Shown in pieces: positions 47,002 to 56,983 of a stretch of DNA of 64,000 bases. The first letter of the stretch is position 1, and each line of letters starts with the position of its first letter. The notes under the pieces are model-generated. The model searched no databases, was not told the origin of the DNA, and saw nothing but the letters and a program-made list of their open reading frames with translations. The position numbers were made by a program, and so were the translations under genes. The stretch comes from a virus. The stretch spans positions 356 to 64,355 of IMG/VR virus record IMGVR_UViG_3300040801_001530; one strand, written 5' to 3'.

Positions 47002-48246
47002 ATGGACGCTAACGAATACCAACGACAGGCGTTAAGCACAGCTAACACCGATGCGGATATAGTTAATTGGATACTAGGCTTGACGGGCGAAGTAGGCGAA
47101 GTGGCTAATATCGCTAAAAAACAATTGTACCATGACAAGACACCGGGGTCTAATGCTTATCTAGATGAGCTAGGCGACGTGTTATGGTATCTATCGGTGC
47201 TAGCATATCAGCTCGACCTTGATTTAAGTGACATCATGCGTTATAATTTAAACAAACTCGCTAAGAGGCACCCCGGCGGATTTAAGACATATGCTAACCG
47301 GGGTGATAGAGAGGATATAAGTAAGGTGGATACCGAGGCGCTTTTATTACGCATCGGGTGTGATGAGACAAAGAGCGGTAAAACTATGTGGCGTTGCGTG
47401 ATGGATGACGGGGCTACGATTAATATTTTTGAGCGTCAAGTCGCCCAAATGCCGGAGCGCCTGCGTAATGAATTGCAGCATATGGTATTTGGCGGCGCTA
47501 TAGCATTAGCGCCAGGCGTGCCGGTAACATATGCTACTAACGAACGTGGCTATAAGGTTCTTACGACATTGGGTATCGACTGCGATAATTCATTTATAAT
47601 GCATATCCCCAATATACTGGATATTGACAGACAAGTAGCACATATGTGTATGCATAAGCGGGCTAAGGCGTTATGGGAGACAGCTAACAAAGAGAGCGGC
47701 AAGCGGATTGTGGCCTTCGACACCGAGACAACCGGCTTGGCGCGTGACGACGTTATTGTACAGATCGGTGTTGTGGACAATGGGCATAATGTTGTCTTAG
47801 AGCAGCTTATTAACCCCGGCAAGGTATTAGGTAGCCGGATGATGAAGCCGGTATTAGGCACTAAATCAGCTAGTGATGTGCACGGGATTACATACGAAGC
47901 ACTTAAGAGTAAACCTAGTTGGGGTATGGTGGCACAAGCTATCAAGCGTGCTTTTGAGGGTGCGCAACTAGTGGCTTACAATGCCGCGTTTGATAACAAG
48001 ATGTTAATACAGTCAGGCTATGACAAACCACTTAACACGATCTGTATTATGGAGATGTTTGCCGCCTATGCGGGCGTATGGCAAAAGGAACTGCAGCGCT
48101 GGCGCTGGCATAGCTTAGAGGCTGCTTGTAGGGCGTTAGGGATTGAGCCACGCGAAGCGCACGACGCTACACAAGATGCACATATGACAATTAGTGTGCT
48201 AGAGGCGATGGCTAAGGGGGTAGAGGTAGATCATGCCAAACTTTAA
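47002..48246 (+). CDS. MazG-like NTP pyrophosphohydrolase fused to a DEDDh 3'-5' exonuclease
   Basis: LGLTGEVGEVANIAKK...DELGDVLWY (MazG-like); VAFDTETTGL, AYNAAFD, HDATQDA (DEDDh). Confidence 0.85.
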   Translation: MDANEYQRQALSTANTDADIVNWILGLTGEVGEVANIAKKQLYHDKTPGSNAYLDELGDVLWYLSVLAYQLDLDLSDIMRYNLNKLAKRHPGGFKTYANRGDREDISKVDTEALLLRIGCDETKSGKTMWRCVMDDGATINIFERQVAQMPERLRNELQHMVFGGAIALAPGVPVTYATNERGYKVLTTLGIDCDNSFIMHIPNILDIDRQVAHMCMHKRAKALWETANKESGKRIVAFDTETTGLARDDVIVQIGVVDNGHNVVLEQLINPGKVLGSRMMKPVLGTKSASDVHGITYEALKSKPSWGMVAQAIKRAFEGAQLVAYNAAFDNKMLIQSGYDKPLNTICIMEMFAAYAGVWQKELQRWRWHSLEAACRALGIEPREAHDATQDAHMTISVLEAMAKGVEVDHAKL

Positions 48247-48472
48247 AAAGAATCTAATGAGAAGCGGCTATTTAAAACTGTGGCGAACGCAACCATTAAC
48301 AACGGTAATTGTAAGTGTTGTGGCGGCATTAGTTGGTGTTATGGCAGCACAACTATTATCAGCCGCTTCTACCAACGCGCTTGTTATTTTAGTAGGTTGC
48401 CCTATCGCATGTCTGATTAACCTATTATGGATTTGTATTAATGATATGGGTGATGGCGATGAATCTATTTAA
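48233..48472 (+). CDS. Small membrane protein
   Basis: Two predicted TM segments; coupled. Confidence 0.45.
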   Translation: MPNFKKNLMRSGYLKLWRTQPLTTVIVSVVAALVGVMAAQLLSAASTNALVILVGCPIACLINLLWICINDMGDGDESI

Positions 48473-48846
48473 CGCTAGAGAGTTGTACAAAGACGGGTTT
48501 AACCAAGACGGGGGCGCACTGACAGCACGCATACTAAAGATTATGACGGATATTGCTAAAACGGAGGGGACAGATGCGCGGCTTATTCGTTGAGGTTTTT
48601 GGTGACGCAAGACTAAAGCAATACACCCGCGCTAAGGAGTCGGCAAAAGCGGCTGGTGCTGATGAGTTTGACGCCGGGGCGCGTTTTGCCGTGGCTGTGA
48701 TTGAAGCCGCATTTGTCCGCGCTGGGCTTTACAAGATACCAGATGTATATGAGGATGAGGATACAATTAACTTGGAGCAAGATACGACACCGAACAATAC
48801 CACTAATGTTTTACGTATATGTAATGAGGATAAGGGGGATGGATGA
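48459..48846 (+). pseudogene. Hypothetical gene apparently split by one extra G (or a sequencing error)
   Basis: MNLFNARE...KTEG joins QMRGLFVE... if one G is removed from GGAGGGGA at ~48563-48570. Confidence 0.35.
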
Positions 48847-49529
48847 CTACAGTTGTAGGCTTAGCCGATAAGAACGGGGTATATATCGGGGCTGATAGTG
48901 GTGTACAAGTTAGCACCGTGCAATATGTGGTGGATAATCCTAAGATACTTGTATATGACGGTTTAATCCTAGCAGGCGCTGGGAACCTATCGGTTATCCA
49001 ACTCATTAAGCATAACTATAGCTGGCTATCCGTAGCAAGTAAGCGGCACAACTACGAGACCGATTTAGACTTCCTAATATCCGCTTTAGCGGGTTCGTTG
49101 CGTAATATGCTAGCCACCGAGAATAGTGACATGCAAGGCGAGCATGGGTTGTGCCAGCTACTAATTGCCTATAATCATCGTCTCTATTACATGGCTGAAG
49201 ATTATGCGATTTTAGAGCCGGCAAGCGGTATGGCAGCTATTGGGTCTGGCTGCGAGTATGCGTTAGGCGCATTGTACGCTAGTAAAGGCAAAAACTCGCA
49301 GGCTAGAATAGAGACCGCGCTAGAGGCGGCGGCTAATTATGATGTATACACGCGGGGGCCATTTACAATAAAAGCACAACGCAAGTCGGCGGCAGAGACT
49401 GATAAGCCTATTGATGAAGCGCATACAGCAAAGTTTGTATCATGGGTCTACGAACCGGGCGCTTCACCTGCGATATTACCGCCTGCGCCAACGCAACCGG
49501 AGGGTAGCGATGGCACAAGTACAAGTTGA
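48843..49529 (+). CDS. Ntn-hydrolase, proteasome beta-subunit/HslV-like peptidase
   Basis: Starts M-T-T-V-V-G, GADS motif, AIGSG...ALGAL, DVYT.GP. Confidence 0.8.
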   Translation: MTTVVGLADKNGVYIGADSGVQVSTVQYVVDNPKILVYDGLILAGAGNLSVIQLIKHNYSWLSVASKRHNYETDLDFLISALAGSLRNMLATENSDMQGEHGLCQLLIAYNHRLYYMAEDYAILEPASGMAAIGSGCEYALGALYASKGKNSQARIETALEAAANYDVYTRGPFTIKAQRKSAAETDKPIDEAHTAKFVSWVYEPGASPAILPPAPTQPEGSDGTSTS

Positions 49530-50130
49530 TTTAAGTGAATATGAGGAGCTTACAGCACGTTTAGAGCGCCTACCTCGTGCTATGCAAGGGGTTATACTAA
49601 CACGGGCTGCTAATGCTGTGGGGGTAGCGCTAGACGATGTGGCAAAGGGGGTTGCCTATCCGCCAGATAGGCGGCCTATACCGATGTCACGGTGGGCAAC
49701 AGCCAAGCAAAAACGGTGGTGGTGGTACACCGTGCACGCAATTGCTAAAGGTGAGAAGTCTAGTAATGTGTTGCCAGGCTATCGCATCGGCTATAAACAG
49801 GTGCGTAGCATAAAGACACAAAACACGATTAAGGTACTCGATATTAGAGGATTTTATAGGCGCTCTAATACACTTATAAAGTCGCTTACTTACGTTGTCG
49901 AAGTGGCGGCTAATGCTGTTAGCGGCGCTGTAACCTTGCTCTATGGCACTGCTATTAAATATGCTAAATACGTCATAGGCGGGGCGGATGAGCAAGCGCA
50001 ATATCACGCGGGTAATTGGTTGCCACTAGTTGGTTTAATAGAACGCTATAACCCAGTTTTAGCACGCGAGTATACTAAAGCGGTTGATAAATCGCTAACT
50101 GAATATCTAGAGGGTGGTACAAATGATTGA
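49510..50130 (+). CDS. Putative HK97 gp10-like neck/tail component
   Basis: DLSEYEELTARLERLP...YGTAIKYAKYV pattern. Confidence 0.5.
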   Translation: MAQVQVDLSEYEELTARLERLPRAMQGVILTRAANAVGVALDDVAKGVAYPPDRRPIPMSRWATAKQKRWWWYTVHAIAKGEKSSNVLPGYRIGYKQVRSIKTQNTIKVLDIRGFYRRSNTLIKSLTYVVEVAANAVSGAVTLLYGTAIKYAKYVIGGADEQAQYHAGNWLPLVGLIERYNPVLAREYTKAVDKSLTEYLEGGTND

Positions 50131-51325
50131 GACACATAAGCCTAAACGGGTAATCATAGATTGCCGGTGGGCTAAGGCGGGGCGTACCATAACCGAGCGC
50201 GGTATCGGGCAATACTCATGGGCTGTTATTGAGGCGCTGGTAGAATACGCGCCACACAATGAGTACATTGTGCTAATTGAACGCGATACAGATTTATCAC
50301 CATACATCGGACACCTGTATGATAAGCTACAGATAGCTGCGGTACCACCTGTGAATGTGGGTGTAATAAACGATAGTAATAGGCTAGCTTATCAAGCGCA
50401 GTTTAACCGCGCATTAGCTGGCATTAAGGCCGACGTGTACCTAAACACCGCGCCGGCGCCTCACTACCAGAATGAGACATTTTTAAATGTAGATATGCCT
50501 AGCGTGGTTATCTGGTACGATCTAATCCCCAACATTTACAAAGCAGCCTTTAATCCCGGTAAAGACTACTATCTCGGTGTGCTATTTGCTAAACATGCCG
50601 ACGCACAAGTATATATATCAGACAGCGCCGCCAACGATGCTTATAATATTGGCTTTGATACGGCGAGGGGGCACATTGCCTACCCCGTTGTGCGTAATAT
50701 GGTTAAGGGAGACCCCGATACTACCGATTTAGAAGCCTTGGGTTTGCCAGCCGGTAACTGGTTGCTTACAGTATCGGGGCTAGGTATCCATAAGCGGCTA
50801 GAGTGGTTAATAGAGCAATGCGGTATGTTGCCTGATGAGATTAAAAACCGCTATCCTCTTATCGTTGTGTGTGACCTATCTAAGTTCCAAATTGAGCAGC
50901 TATCGAGACTAGCCGCCGAGGTTGGCGCTAATGTGCACTTTACGGGTCATATTACCGACGCGCAACTAAATGCGTTGTACCACTCTGCGTGGGGGTACAT
51001 ACATGCTAGCGAGTATGAGGGCTTCGGTATTCCAGTGGCGGAGGCGCTGGCTTGCGGTCTGCCATGCTTAATTGCTAATGCGGCTTCGTTGCCAGAAGCA
51101 GGCGGGGACGTTGCTCGCTATTTTGAGCATGATACCCCCAGCGAGCTTGGTAACTTCCAAGAGGCCGCAATTGAGTTTTTGACCATGCCAGCTAGCACAT
51201 TAGAGGATATGGGACAGCGCGGCAAGCAGCACGTCGCAAAATTTAACAAGCAAAACCTTGCAGCCTCTATAGCGGCTGCGTTAGATAGCGCGATTGAGAG
51301 GTATAACGATGGCATCCCGTTTTAA
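50114..51325 (+). CDS. Glycosyltransferase family 4
   Basis: RGIGQYS N-terminus, HKRLEWL, EYEGFGIPVAEALACG. Confidence 0.88.
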   Translation: MVQMIETHKPKRVIIDCRWAKAGRTITERGIGQYSWAVIEALVEYAPHNEYIVLIERDTDLSPYIGHLYDKLQIAAVPPVNVGVINDSNRLAYQAQFNRALAGIKADVYLNTAPAPHYQNETFLNVDMPSVVIWYDLIPNIYKAAFNPGKDYYLGVLFAKHADAQVYISDSAANDAYNIGFDTARGHIAYPVVRNMVKGDPDTTDLEALGLPAGNWLLTVSGLGIHKRLEWLIEQCGMLPDEIKNRYPLIVVCDLSKFQIEQLSRLAAEVGANVHFTGHITDAQLNALYHSAWGYIHASEYEGFGIPVAEALACGLPCLIANAASLPEAGGDVARYFEHDTPSELGNFQEAAIEFLTMPASTLEDMGQRGKQHVAKFNKQNLAASIAAALDSAIERYNDGIPF

Positions 51326-52649
51326 CCAGCGCATAGCAATGTATTCTCCGCTCCCGCCTGTACCGTCAGGTATTAGCGACTATACGTTTGAATTAGCGCA
51401 AGCTATGATAGATCGCGGGGTAGAGTTAGATTTATTCCTAGACGACGGGTATACGCCGGAGACGTATGTGATAGACGGGCTTCGTGCCCGTATCCATCAC
51501 TACGGCGCTTACCGTCGCAAAGCGGCTATTAAGCCATATGATGCAAATATTATACAGTTTGGCAATAACCCGGCACATTGGTATATGTACCACGAGATGC
51601 AACGCCTAAGCACGCCTACGATTACGGTTATACATGATGTGCCGTGGTCGCCAACATTTATTAACGTACACGCTAAACGCGGTACGCTTGATGATGCTAG
51701 GGAGATTATAGCGGGCCTGTATCCGCCGGGGTTTGACGACGATACGCTGGAGACGTTTGACGCGGCGCTAGATGCCTACCTAACAGGTGATAACGCGCTA
51801 TTAAATCGTTGGATTAAACAAAATCCACTGCTAGACAATGTGCTGATTAATTCAGACGCGCTAATTGTACATAACGACAGTGCAGGTGCTGATATTGTAG
51901 CCGCATATGGTGATGCGTACCGTTTACCGCCCGTGCATATCGTAGAGGCGGCAACCCGTCCTAATCTACATACAAAAGAGGCCGCTAGGGCGCTACATAG
52001 GCCGTTAGAGCGGTTTAAATTCGTTGTCGGGGCTGTTGGGCATATAAGCCGCAATAAGCGCTATAAGGTGCTGATTGAGGCGTTTAAGGTGCTATTAAAA
52101 TACGCCCCTGATAGTTTATTACTATTGGTCGGGCCGCACAACGACGAACAATACCGGCAAGAGTTACTAGCCTTAACTGATGATATTAAGGGTAATGTAT
52201 CCTATACCGGTATGCGGACTATATCAGAAGGATTTGAGACGCTAGTAGCCGCGTGCGACGTGGGGGTGCAGTTGCGCACCGATGATATGGGAGCCACCAG
52301 CGCCGCTATTAGCCGCTTTATGTCTGCAGGCAGACCGTGCATTATTAGTGATGTCCCGGCGTGGCGTGGCTATCCCGATAACGTATGCTACAAAGTGCCA
52401 CATAGCACGGGCAAAGTGGTTCCGTTGCCCGACGGTTGGCTACACCCCGATCCTGAGATAAACGCTATCGCTAGCCAACTATTGGTGTGGTATCGCTACC
52501 CAGACCAGCTAGGCGAGGCGGCTAGCGAGGTTAAAATGTGGTATAATAATGGCCACGATTTAGACAACATGGTAACGCAATATATGCATGTTATCAAAGA
52601 GGTTATTGAGCGCGATAACGAATTAAAGGAGTTAGTTAGTTATGGGTAA
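51309..52649 (+). CDS. Glycosyltransferase family 4
   Basis: SPLPPVPSGISDYT N-terminus, GHISRNKR, GATSAAISRFMSAGRPCI. Confidence 0.85.
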   Translation: MASRFNQRIAMYSPLPPVPSGISDYTFELAQAMIDRGVELDLFLDDGYTPETYVIDGLRARIHHYGAYRRKAAIKPYDANIIQFGNNPAHWYMYHEMQRLSTPTITVIHDVPWSPTFINVHAKRGTLDDAREIIAGLYPPGFDDDTLETFDAALDAYLTGDNALLNRWIKQNPLLDNVLINSDALIVHNDSAGADIVAAYGDAYRLPPVHIVEAATRPNLHTKEAARALHRPLERFKFVVGAVGHISRNKRYKVLIEAFKVLLKYAPDSLLLLVGPHNDEQYRQELLALTDDIKGNVSYTGMRTISEGFETLVAACDVGVQLRTDDMGATSAAISRFMSAGRPCIISDVPAWRGYPDNVCYKVPHSTGKVVPLPDGWLHPDPEINAIASQLLVWYRYPDQLGEAASEVKMWYNNGHDLDNMVTQYMHVIKEVIERDNELKELVSYG

Positions 52650-53040
52650 ACGTGCGCAGCACACTAGTAACATACTAATGCTATGTGAGCAGGGTCTTAC
52701 TACCGAGCAAATTAGCAAAGAGCTAGGCTTGGCTAAATCAACCATTAACGAGTATAAGCGTGCGGCGCAGGGCGGCCCTAACAAAAACCAGCTAGCGCAA
52801 GCACGGGCGGAACGATGCACCGAGGCTGTACGGTTGCATGGGGAAGGTATGACAATAGAAGGTATTGCTAATAATTTAGGTGTTAGCGTGTATACTATTA
52901 AGCGCTATTTGCAAGAGGCGCAGCGTACTAGCCCAGCCGTGTCGCCGCGCTTAATGGATAGCCTGCAAGGGTTTGGGCGTGCACGTTTTGCAGCTGCATA
53001 CCAAATGCTAATCGATGCAGGCTATATGGAGGCTGACTAA
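52642..53040 (+). CDS. Tandem HTH DNA-binding protein
   Basis: GLTTEQISKELGLAKSTINEY and GMTIEGIANNLGVSVYTIKRY. Confidence 0.7.
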   Translation: MGKRAQHTSNILMLCEQGLTTEQISKELGLAKSTINEYKRAAQGGPNKNQLAQARAERCTEAVRLHGEGMTIEGIANNLGVSVYTIKRYLQEAQRTSPAVSPRLMDSLQGFGRARFAAAYQMLIDAGYMEAD

Positions 53041-53861
53041 TGGGTTATGTCAATGTGGCACGCCCAATTATTACAGGGGCATGGTGTGATGTCCCGCCCG
53101 GCATAAAAGAGTGGCCTTGTTATAACCACTCAATCCACAAAAACGAACTAGCAGCATGGTTTGAGGCACAGCCCAGCGTAGCACACTATGAGGGCACCAG
53201 CATAGTTGATACACTCATAAAGGCGGGGATCCTTGACGTTACGCATTATCAGTATACTTACTACAACACGCCGTGGGGTGGGCTGTGGCTTGACAGTGAT
53301 AATCAAAACAACCAACGGTCTAGGGTGGTCGCCGATGCGGTCGCCGGTCGTGGCTACATGTCACAAATAGACACGGCGCGGCTAGAGTATGCTGTCATTA
53401 ACGATAATGCGGGCAACTACGGTGCTTCGGCGTTGTATTACAAGTATATAAACCCGCGATTAAGTATTATACAAGTAGGGACTAAAGAGCGGCTGGCCTT
53501 AAATTTACGGCATAAGCCTGGGGTCTATTTATCACTAAGAAGCAATGCTGGTATTACGGCGCTAACAACACTATTAGAGTGGCCTCGTATCGACCTTTTA
53601 CAGGTAGACGGTGATGGGTTATCTTTGTTGCACTGGTTGCACGGCAACAAGGATGAGATTAACGACGGTGCTTTAGATATACTTAACAAAACCCGTGTCG
53701 TTGTCGGTACCGTGCCGTGTGACGCTGCCGAGGCGCGTGTAGAGGCTGCGCTTAAAGCGGGCTACAATGCGCAACTATGGCCAAATGCCCAAACGCCTAC
53801 GTCGCTCATTACGCCATTTAGTTACTCTGATTACTATATAGAGTTAGAGGCGGGTATATGA
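53040..53861 (+). CDS. Possible divergent FkbM-like methyltransferase
   Basis: RIDLLQVDGDG...LNKTRVVVG resembles the FkbM IDLLKIDxEG segment. Confidence 0.4.
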   Translation: MGYVNVARPIITGAWCDVPPGIKEWPCYNHSIHKNELAAWFEAQPSVAHYEGTSIVDTLIKAGILDVTHYQYTYYNTPWGGLWLDSDNQNNQRSRVVADAVAGRGYMSQIDTARLEYAVINDNAGNYGASALYYKYINPRLSIIQVGTKERLALNLRHKPGVYLSLRSNAGITALTTLLEWPRIDLLQVDGDGLSLLHWLHGNKDEINDGALDILNKTRVVVGTVPCDAAEARVEAALKAGYNAQLWPNAQTPTSLITPFSYSDYYIELEAGI

Positions 53862-54622
53862 GATGCTACGATAGCACAAAACCGTTACTTTTTAGCCATA
53901 TTCATAAGGCTGGTGGTAATAGCGTCCTCTATGCGCTAAGTAAGCTATTCGATCATCGTGCTATATCGAGTGGTAATCGCACCATGACGCTAGGCTTAAT
54001 AAATAGTCTGCGTGGCTATCGCTTGGCACATGGCCATTACCCGCCGAGCATAGCGGCGGGGTGGCCCGGCGCGCAATACATCACCATGCTTAGAGAGCCT
54101 ATTAGCCGTGCACACTCACAATATCAGTGGATGCGTACACAGGCTAATGACGCAGCACATCCCGACGCTAGTACGATGGATATTAAGACGTTTTTATCTA
54201 AGAGCGTCTATGCTGGTATGTGCTCTAACCACATGACCCGATTCCTAGCATCTAGGGTAGCGTTTACCCCCGACGGTGCTTTAGCGCGGGTGGAGACTGA
54301 TGACGATATGCTAGGCGTGGCTAAGTCGGTACTAGATAGCGCGCTTTGGGTTGGCGTCTTAGAGCGTTTGCCACAAAGTACTGTCCTATTGCGTGCTGTC
54401 ATGCGCCAACCGACACTAGCCATAGGTCATATTAATAAGGCACCTAACATATATCATGCGCTAGATAGTGAGACGTTAAGCTACATAGCATCTTACAACC
54501 AAATGGATATAGCATTATACACTTATGCTAATAATCTGCTACAACAACGCTATGAGGCGCTAGCGCACCATTACTCGCCTGATGAGTTAGCTATTTTGCA
54601 TAAAGGGGTAGCGTTTGAGTAA
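53858..54622 (+). CDS. Sulfotransferase (Sulfotransfer_2-like)
   Basis: FSHIHKAGGNSV (5'-PAPS loop), ITMLREPISRAHSQY (3'-phosphate site), YNQMDIALY. Confidence 0.8.
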   Translation: MRCYDSTKPLLFSHIHKAGGNSVLYALSKLFDHRAISSGNRTMTLGLINSLRGYRLAHGHYPPSIAAGWPGAQYITMLREPISRAHSQYQWMRTQANDAAHPDASTMDIKTFLSKSVYAGMCSNHMTRFLASRVAFTPDGALARVETDDDMLGVAKSVLDSALWVGVLERLPQSTVLLRAVMRQPTLAIGHINKAPNIYHALDSETLSYIASYNQMDIALYTYANNLLQQRYEALAHHYSPDELAILHKGVAFE

Positions 54623-55100
54623 TATAATCGCTTATACGGGGGTTGTTGTAGTCCCTAAGCTATATGCAAGATCGTCACCCGCTATTACCGGCGGTAATGT
54701 CACTAGGCTATTAGATAACGGGGACATATTACGCCTGCGTGCCGGTGAGGATGCAAGCGTGGCATGGGGAGGCTATGATTGGCGGCTGCTAGATAACGGT
54801 AGCGAATGGGTGGCCACTAACACCGATGGTATGACAAGTGTATTTGTTAAGCTAACGGCGGTATATGAGCCAGACGCATTACCATCTACAGGTGAATTTA
54901 TTGTTATTATGCGTGTTAAGGCTGGGCATACTATCAATCATGCGCCTACCCTAGGCGTTAACGGATACGTAGACTGGTACACTAGCGATATGCCAACAGG
55001 GCAAGATCGTTGGGTGATGAGCGTTAACCCCGACGTTATCACAGTAGTAAGCACGGGGTATGTACACAATATTAGCACAGATAAGGAGCGTGATGCTTGA
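54615..55100 (+). CDS. Hypothetical protein
   Basis: Coupled ORF. Confidence 0.45.
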   Translation: MSNIIAYTGVVVVPKLYARSSPAITGGNVTRLLDNGDILRLRAGEDASVAWGGYDWRLLDNGSEWVATNTDGMTSVFVKLTAVYEPDALPSTGEFIVIMRVKAGHTINHAPTLGVNGYVDWYTSDMPTGQDRWVMSVNPDVITVVSTGYVHNISTDKERDA

Positions 55101-56197
55101 TAAAAGATAACGTAATAATTACCGGCGGGGCAGGCTTTATAGGTACCAACCTGGCGTTATCAGCTATTAAAAAGGGGTACCGTGTAATCATATTCGATAA
55201 TCTATCACGTGCCGGTTCCGATAATAACCTAAACGCCATATTACCACACCAACATAACGTAGGCGAGTTACACCGCGCTGCCGATAGAGGCCAGCTTGTA
55301 AAGGGTGATATACGCTCTAAGCACGATGTAAAGCGCCTTCTAGAGGCGTATGGGAGCCGATGCTATGCGGTGTTCCATTTGGCGGCTCAAACGGCGGTAA
55401 CTACCTCTTTAGTATATCCAGAACAAGACTTCGAACAAAACGCCTGGGGGACGTTTAATATTCTCAATCACTTACGCCAGATCGCGCCGGAGGTGCCGTT
55501 TATCTATGCTAGTACAAATAAGGTCTATGGTGCGTTAGATTGGCCTGTAGAGCGTGCTAGACTGGGTAACTACTATTGGAAGCAAGGCGCGGCCAATCCG
55601 CTAGAGGAGGCTATTAGCGAATTGCAACCCCTAGACCCCGCTACACCCTACGGGGTATCTAAAGCTTGCGGTGGGCAATACGTGCTAGATTTTGCGCAGT
55701 CTTACGGTATTAGAGCGGTGGATATGCGTCAAAGTTGCATCTATGGGCCGTATCAGTATGGTGCGGAGGCGCAAGGTTGGCTAGCCTGGCTAACGATCGC
55801 GGCGGTGTATGATTTACCTATTACTGTGTTTGGTAGTGGGTTACAAAAGCGCGATGTGCTTTGGGTTGAGGATTTAGTAGCCGCGTATTGGGCGGCGGTC
55901 GAGAATATCGATAAGGCTGCAGGCCAGACATACAACATCGGGGGCGGTTGGCATAATACCCTATCGGTTTTGCAGTTGCTTGAGTTATTAAGCAAAAAAC
56001 TCGGTAAGGTTATCCCGGCGGCAAACTCGGCGGCTAGACCATCCGACCAAAAGATATATGTAAGTGACATCCGCAAGGCTAAGCGTGATTTAGGGTGGGA
56101 GCCTACTGTGGCACCTGATGTGGGGGTAGACAGGCTAGTAAGATGGGTGCAAGGCAACCGTAACCTATTCGTAAAGGCTGGTGTATTAAACACCTAA
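55097..56197 (+). CDS. NAD-dependent nucleotide-sugar epimerase (CDP-paratose 2-epimerase-like extended SDR)
   Basis: TGGAGFIG, AAQTAVTTS, YASTNKVYG, PYGVSK, MRQSCIYG...QGWLAW. Confidence 0.85.
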   Translation: MIKDNVIITGGAGFIGTNLALSAIKKGYRVIIFDNLSRAGSDNNLNAILPHQHNVGELHRAADRGQLVKGDIRSKHDVKRLLEAYGSRCYAVFHLAAQTAVTTSLVYPEQDFEQNAWGTFNILNHLRQIAPEVPFIYASTNKVYGALDWPVERARLGNYYWKQGAANPLEEAISELQPLDPATPYGVSKACGGQYVLDFAQSYGIRAVDMRQSCIYGPYQYGAEAQGWLAWLTIAAVYDLPITVFGSGLQKRDVLWVEDLVAAYWAAVENIDKAAGQTYNIGGGWHNTLSVLQLLELLSKKLGKVIPAANSAARPSDQKIYVSDIRKAKRDLGWEPTVAPDVGVDRLVRWVQGNRNLFVKAGVLNT

Positions 56198-56218
56198 GCC
56201 CACTGCTAGTGTAAAGAT

Positions 56219-56245
56219 AAAAGCCCCGGCGGGATACCGGGGCTT
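56219..56245. terminator. Intrinsic terminator between convergent units
   Basis: AAGCCCCGG-N-CCGGGGCTT stem. Confidence 0.65.
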
Positions 56246-56254
56246 GGTGTGTGG

Positions 56255-56572
56255 CTACAGGCATTTATAGGGCGATCGAACGCCTTCCACTAAAAACCGT
56301 GCGTTACCGATTTTTGAGTAGCCAAACATTCGGCGGGCGCAGGCCCGCGCTGCGGTCTCGCTTTTGTAAACTGATGCCGTGCCATAGAATGGGCCAAACC
56401 AGTTTTTATATTGATATTGCCCAGGTCGGTAGGTAGCTACACCAAATACTACCTTGCCGGTACGTATATCCTGCACGCGCCAGACATTTGGTTGTTGCGG
56501 CGTTGCGTGCAAATTATAAGTCATGTGTGTAAGGTTCTCGACTTGGATAGTTTGGCCATTTGCGTTCTTCAT
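56255..56572 (-). CDS. Hypothetical protein
   Basis: ATG 56572 after RBS AAGGAG. Confidence 0.55.
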   Translation of the reverse strand: MKNANGQTIQVENLTHMTYNLHATPQQPNVWRVQDIRTGKVVFGVATYRPGQYQYKNWFGPFYGTASVYKSETAARACARRMFGYSKIGNARFLVEGVRSPYKCL

Positions 56573-56636
56573 GTTTAGTTCTCCTTGTGTGTTTTGGGGG
56601 CTAGGCTTTATTGCCCGCCCCCTTTTTATTATTTGG

Positions 56637-56894
56637 TTATTGGTTGACAATCGCTAAGAGTTCGGTCATGGTGATCCGATGCGCCAGATAAGCCCATGTG
56701 GCTTCGGGGTATACGGTAAACTTATGCATGGCTTCCATTGTACGGAGGGCGGCGGCGCGGGCGTTGCGTATATCCTCGGCTGTAATGTTTGTGGGGTATG
56801 CTGTCTGGCGACCGTATTTGCTCATAACGTAAGCGCGGCGGTCATCTTGGGGCAGGTATTGGGTTAAATTGACTTGCGGTTTACTGTTGAACAT
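56637..56894 (-). CDS. Hypothetical cassette-borne protein
   Basis: Cassette C copy upstream; RBS GAGGAG. Confidence 0.6.
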   Translation of the reverse strand: MFNSKPQVNLTQYLPQDDRRAYVMSKYGRQTAYPTNITAEDIRNARAAALRTMEAMHKFTVYPEATWAYLAHRITMTELLAIVNQ

Positions 56895-56903
56895 GAGTTT
56901 AAC

Positions 56904-56983
56904 TCCTCGTTAGATTATTCCTTGCTTGACTATGATACTAGTATAGCACGTTTAGGGGGCTTTGTGCCCCCTAATTTTTAGGG
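56904..56983 (-). repeat. Promoter/leader cassette C, inverted copy of ~38894-38975
   Basis: Near-identical by hand alignment. Confidence 0.85.

Noticed and set aside
48560-48575. Programmed frameshift in GGAGGGGA
   Set aside because: A single-base indel in a G run (mutation or sequencing error) is simpler; no stimulatory element seen
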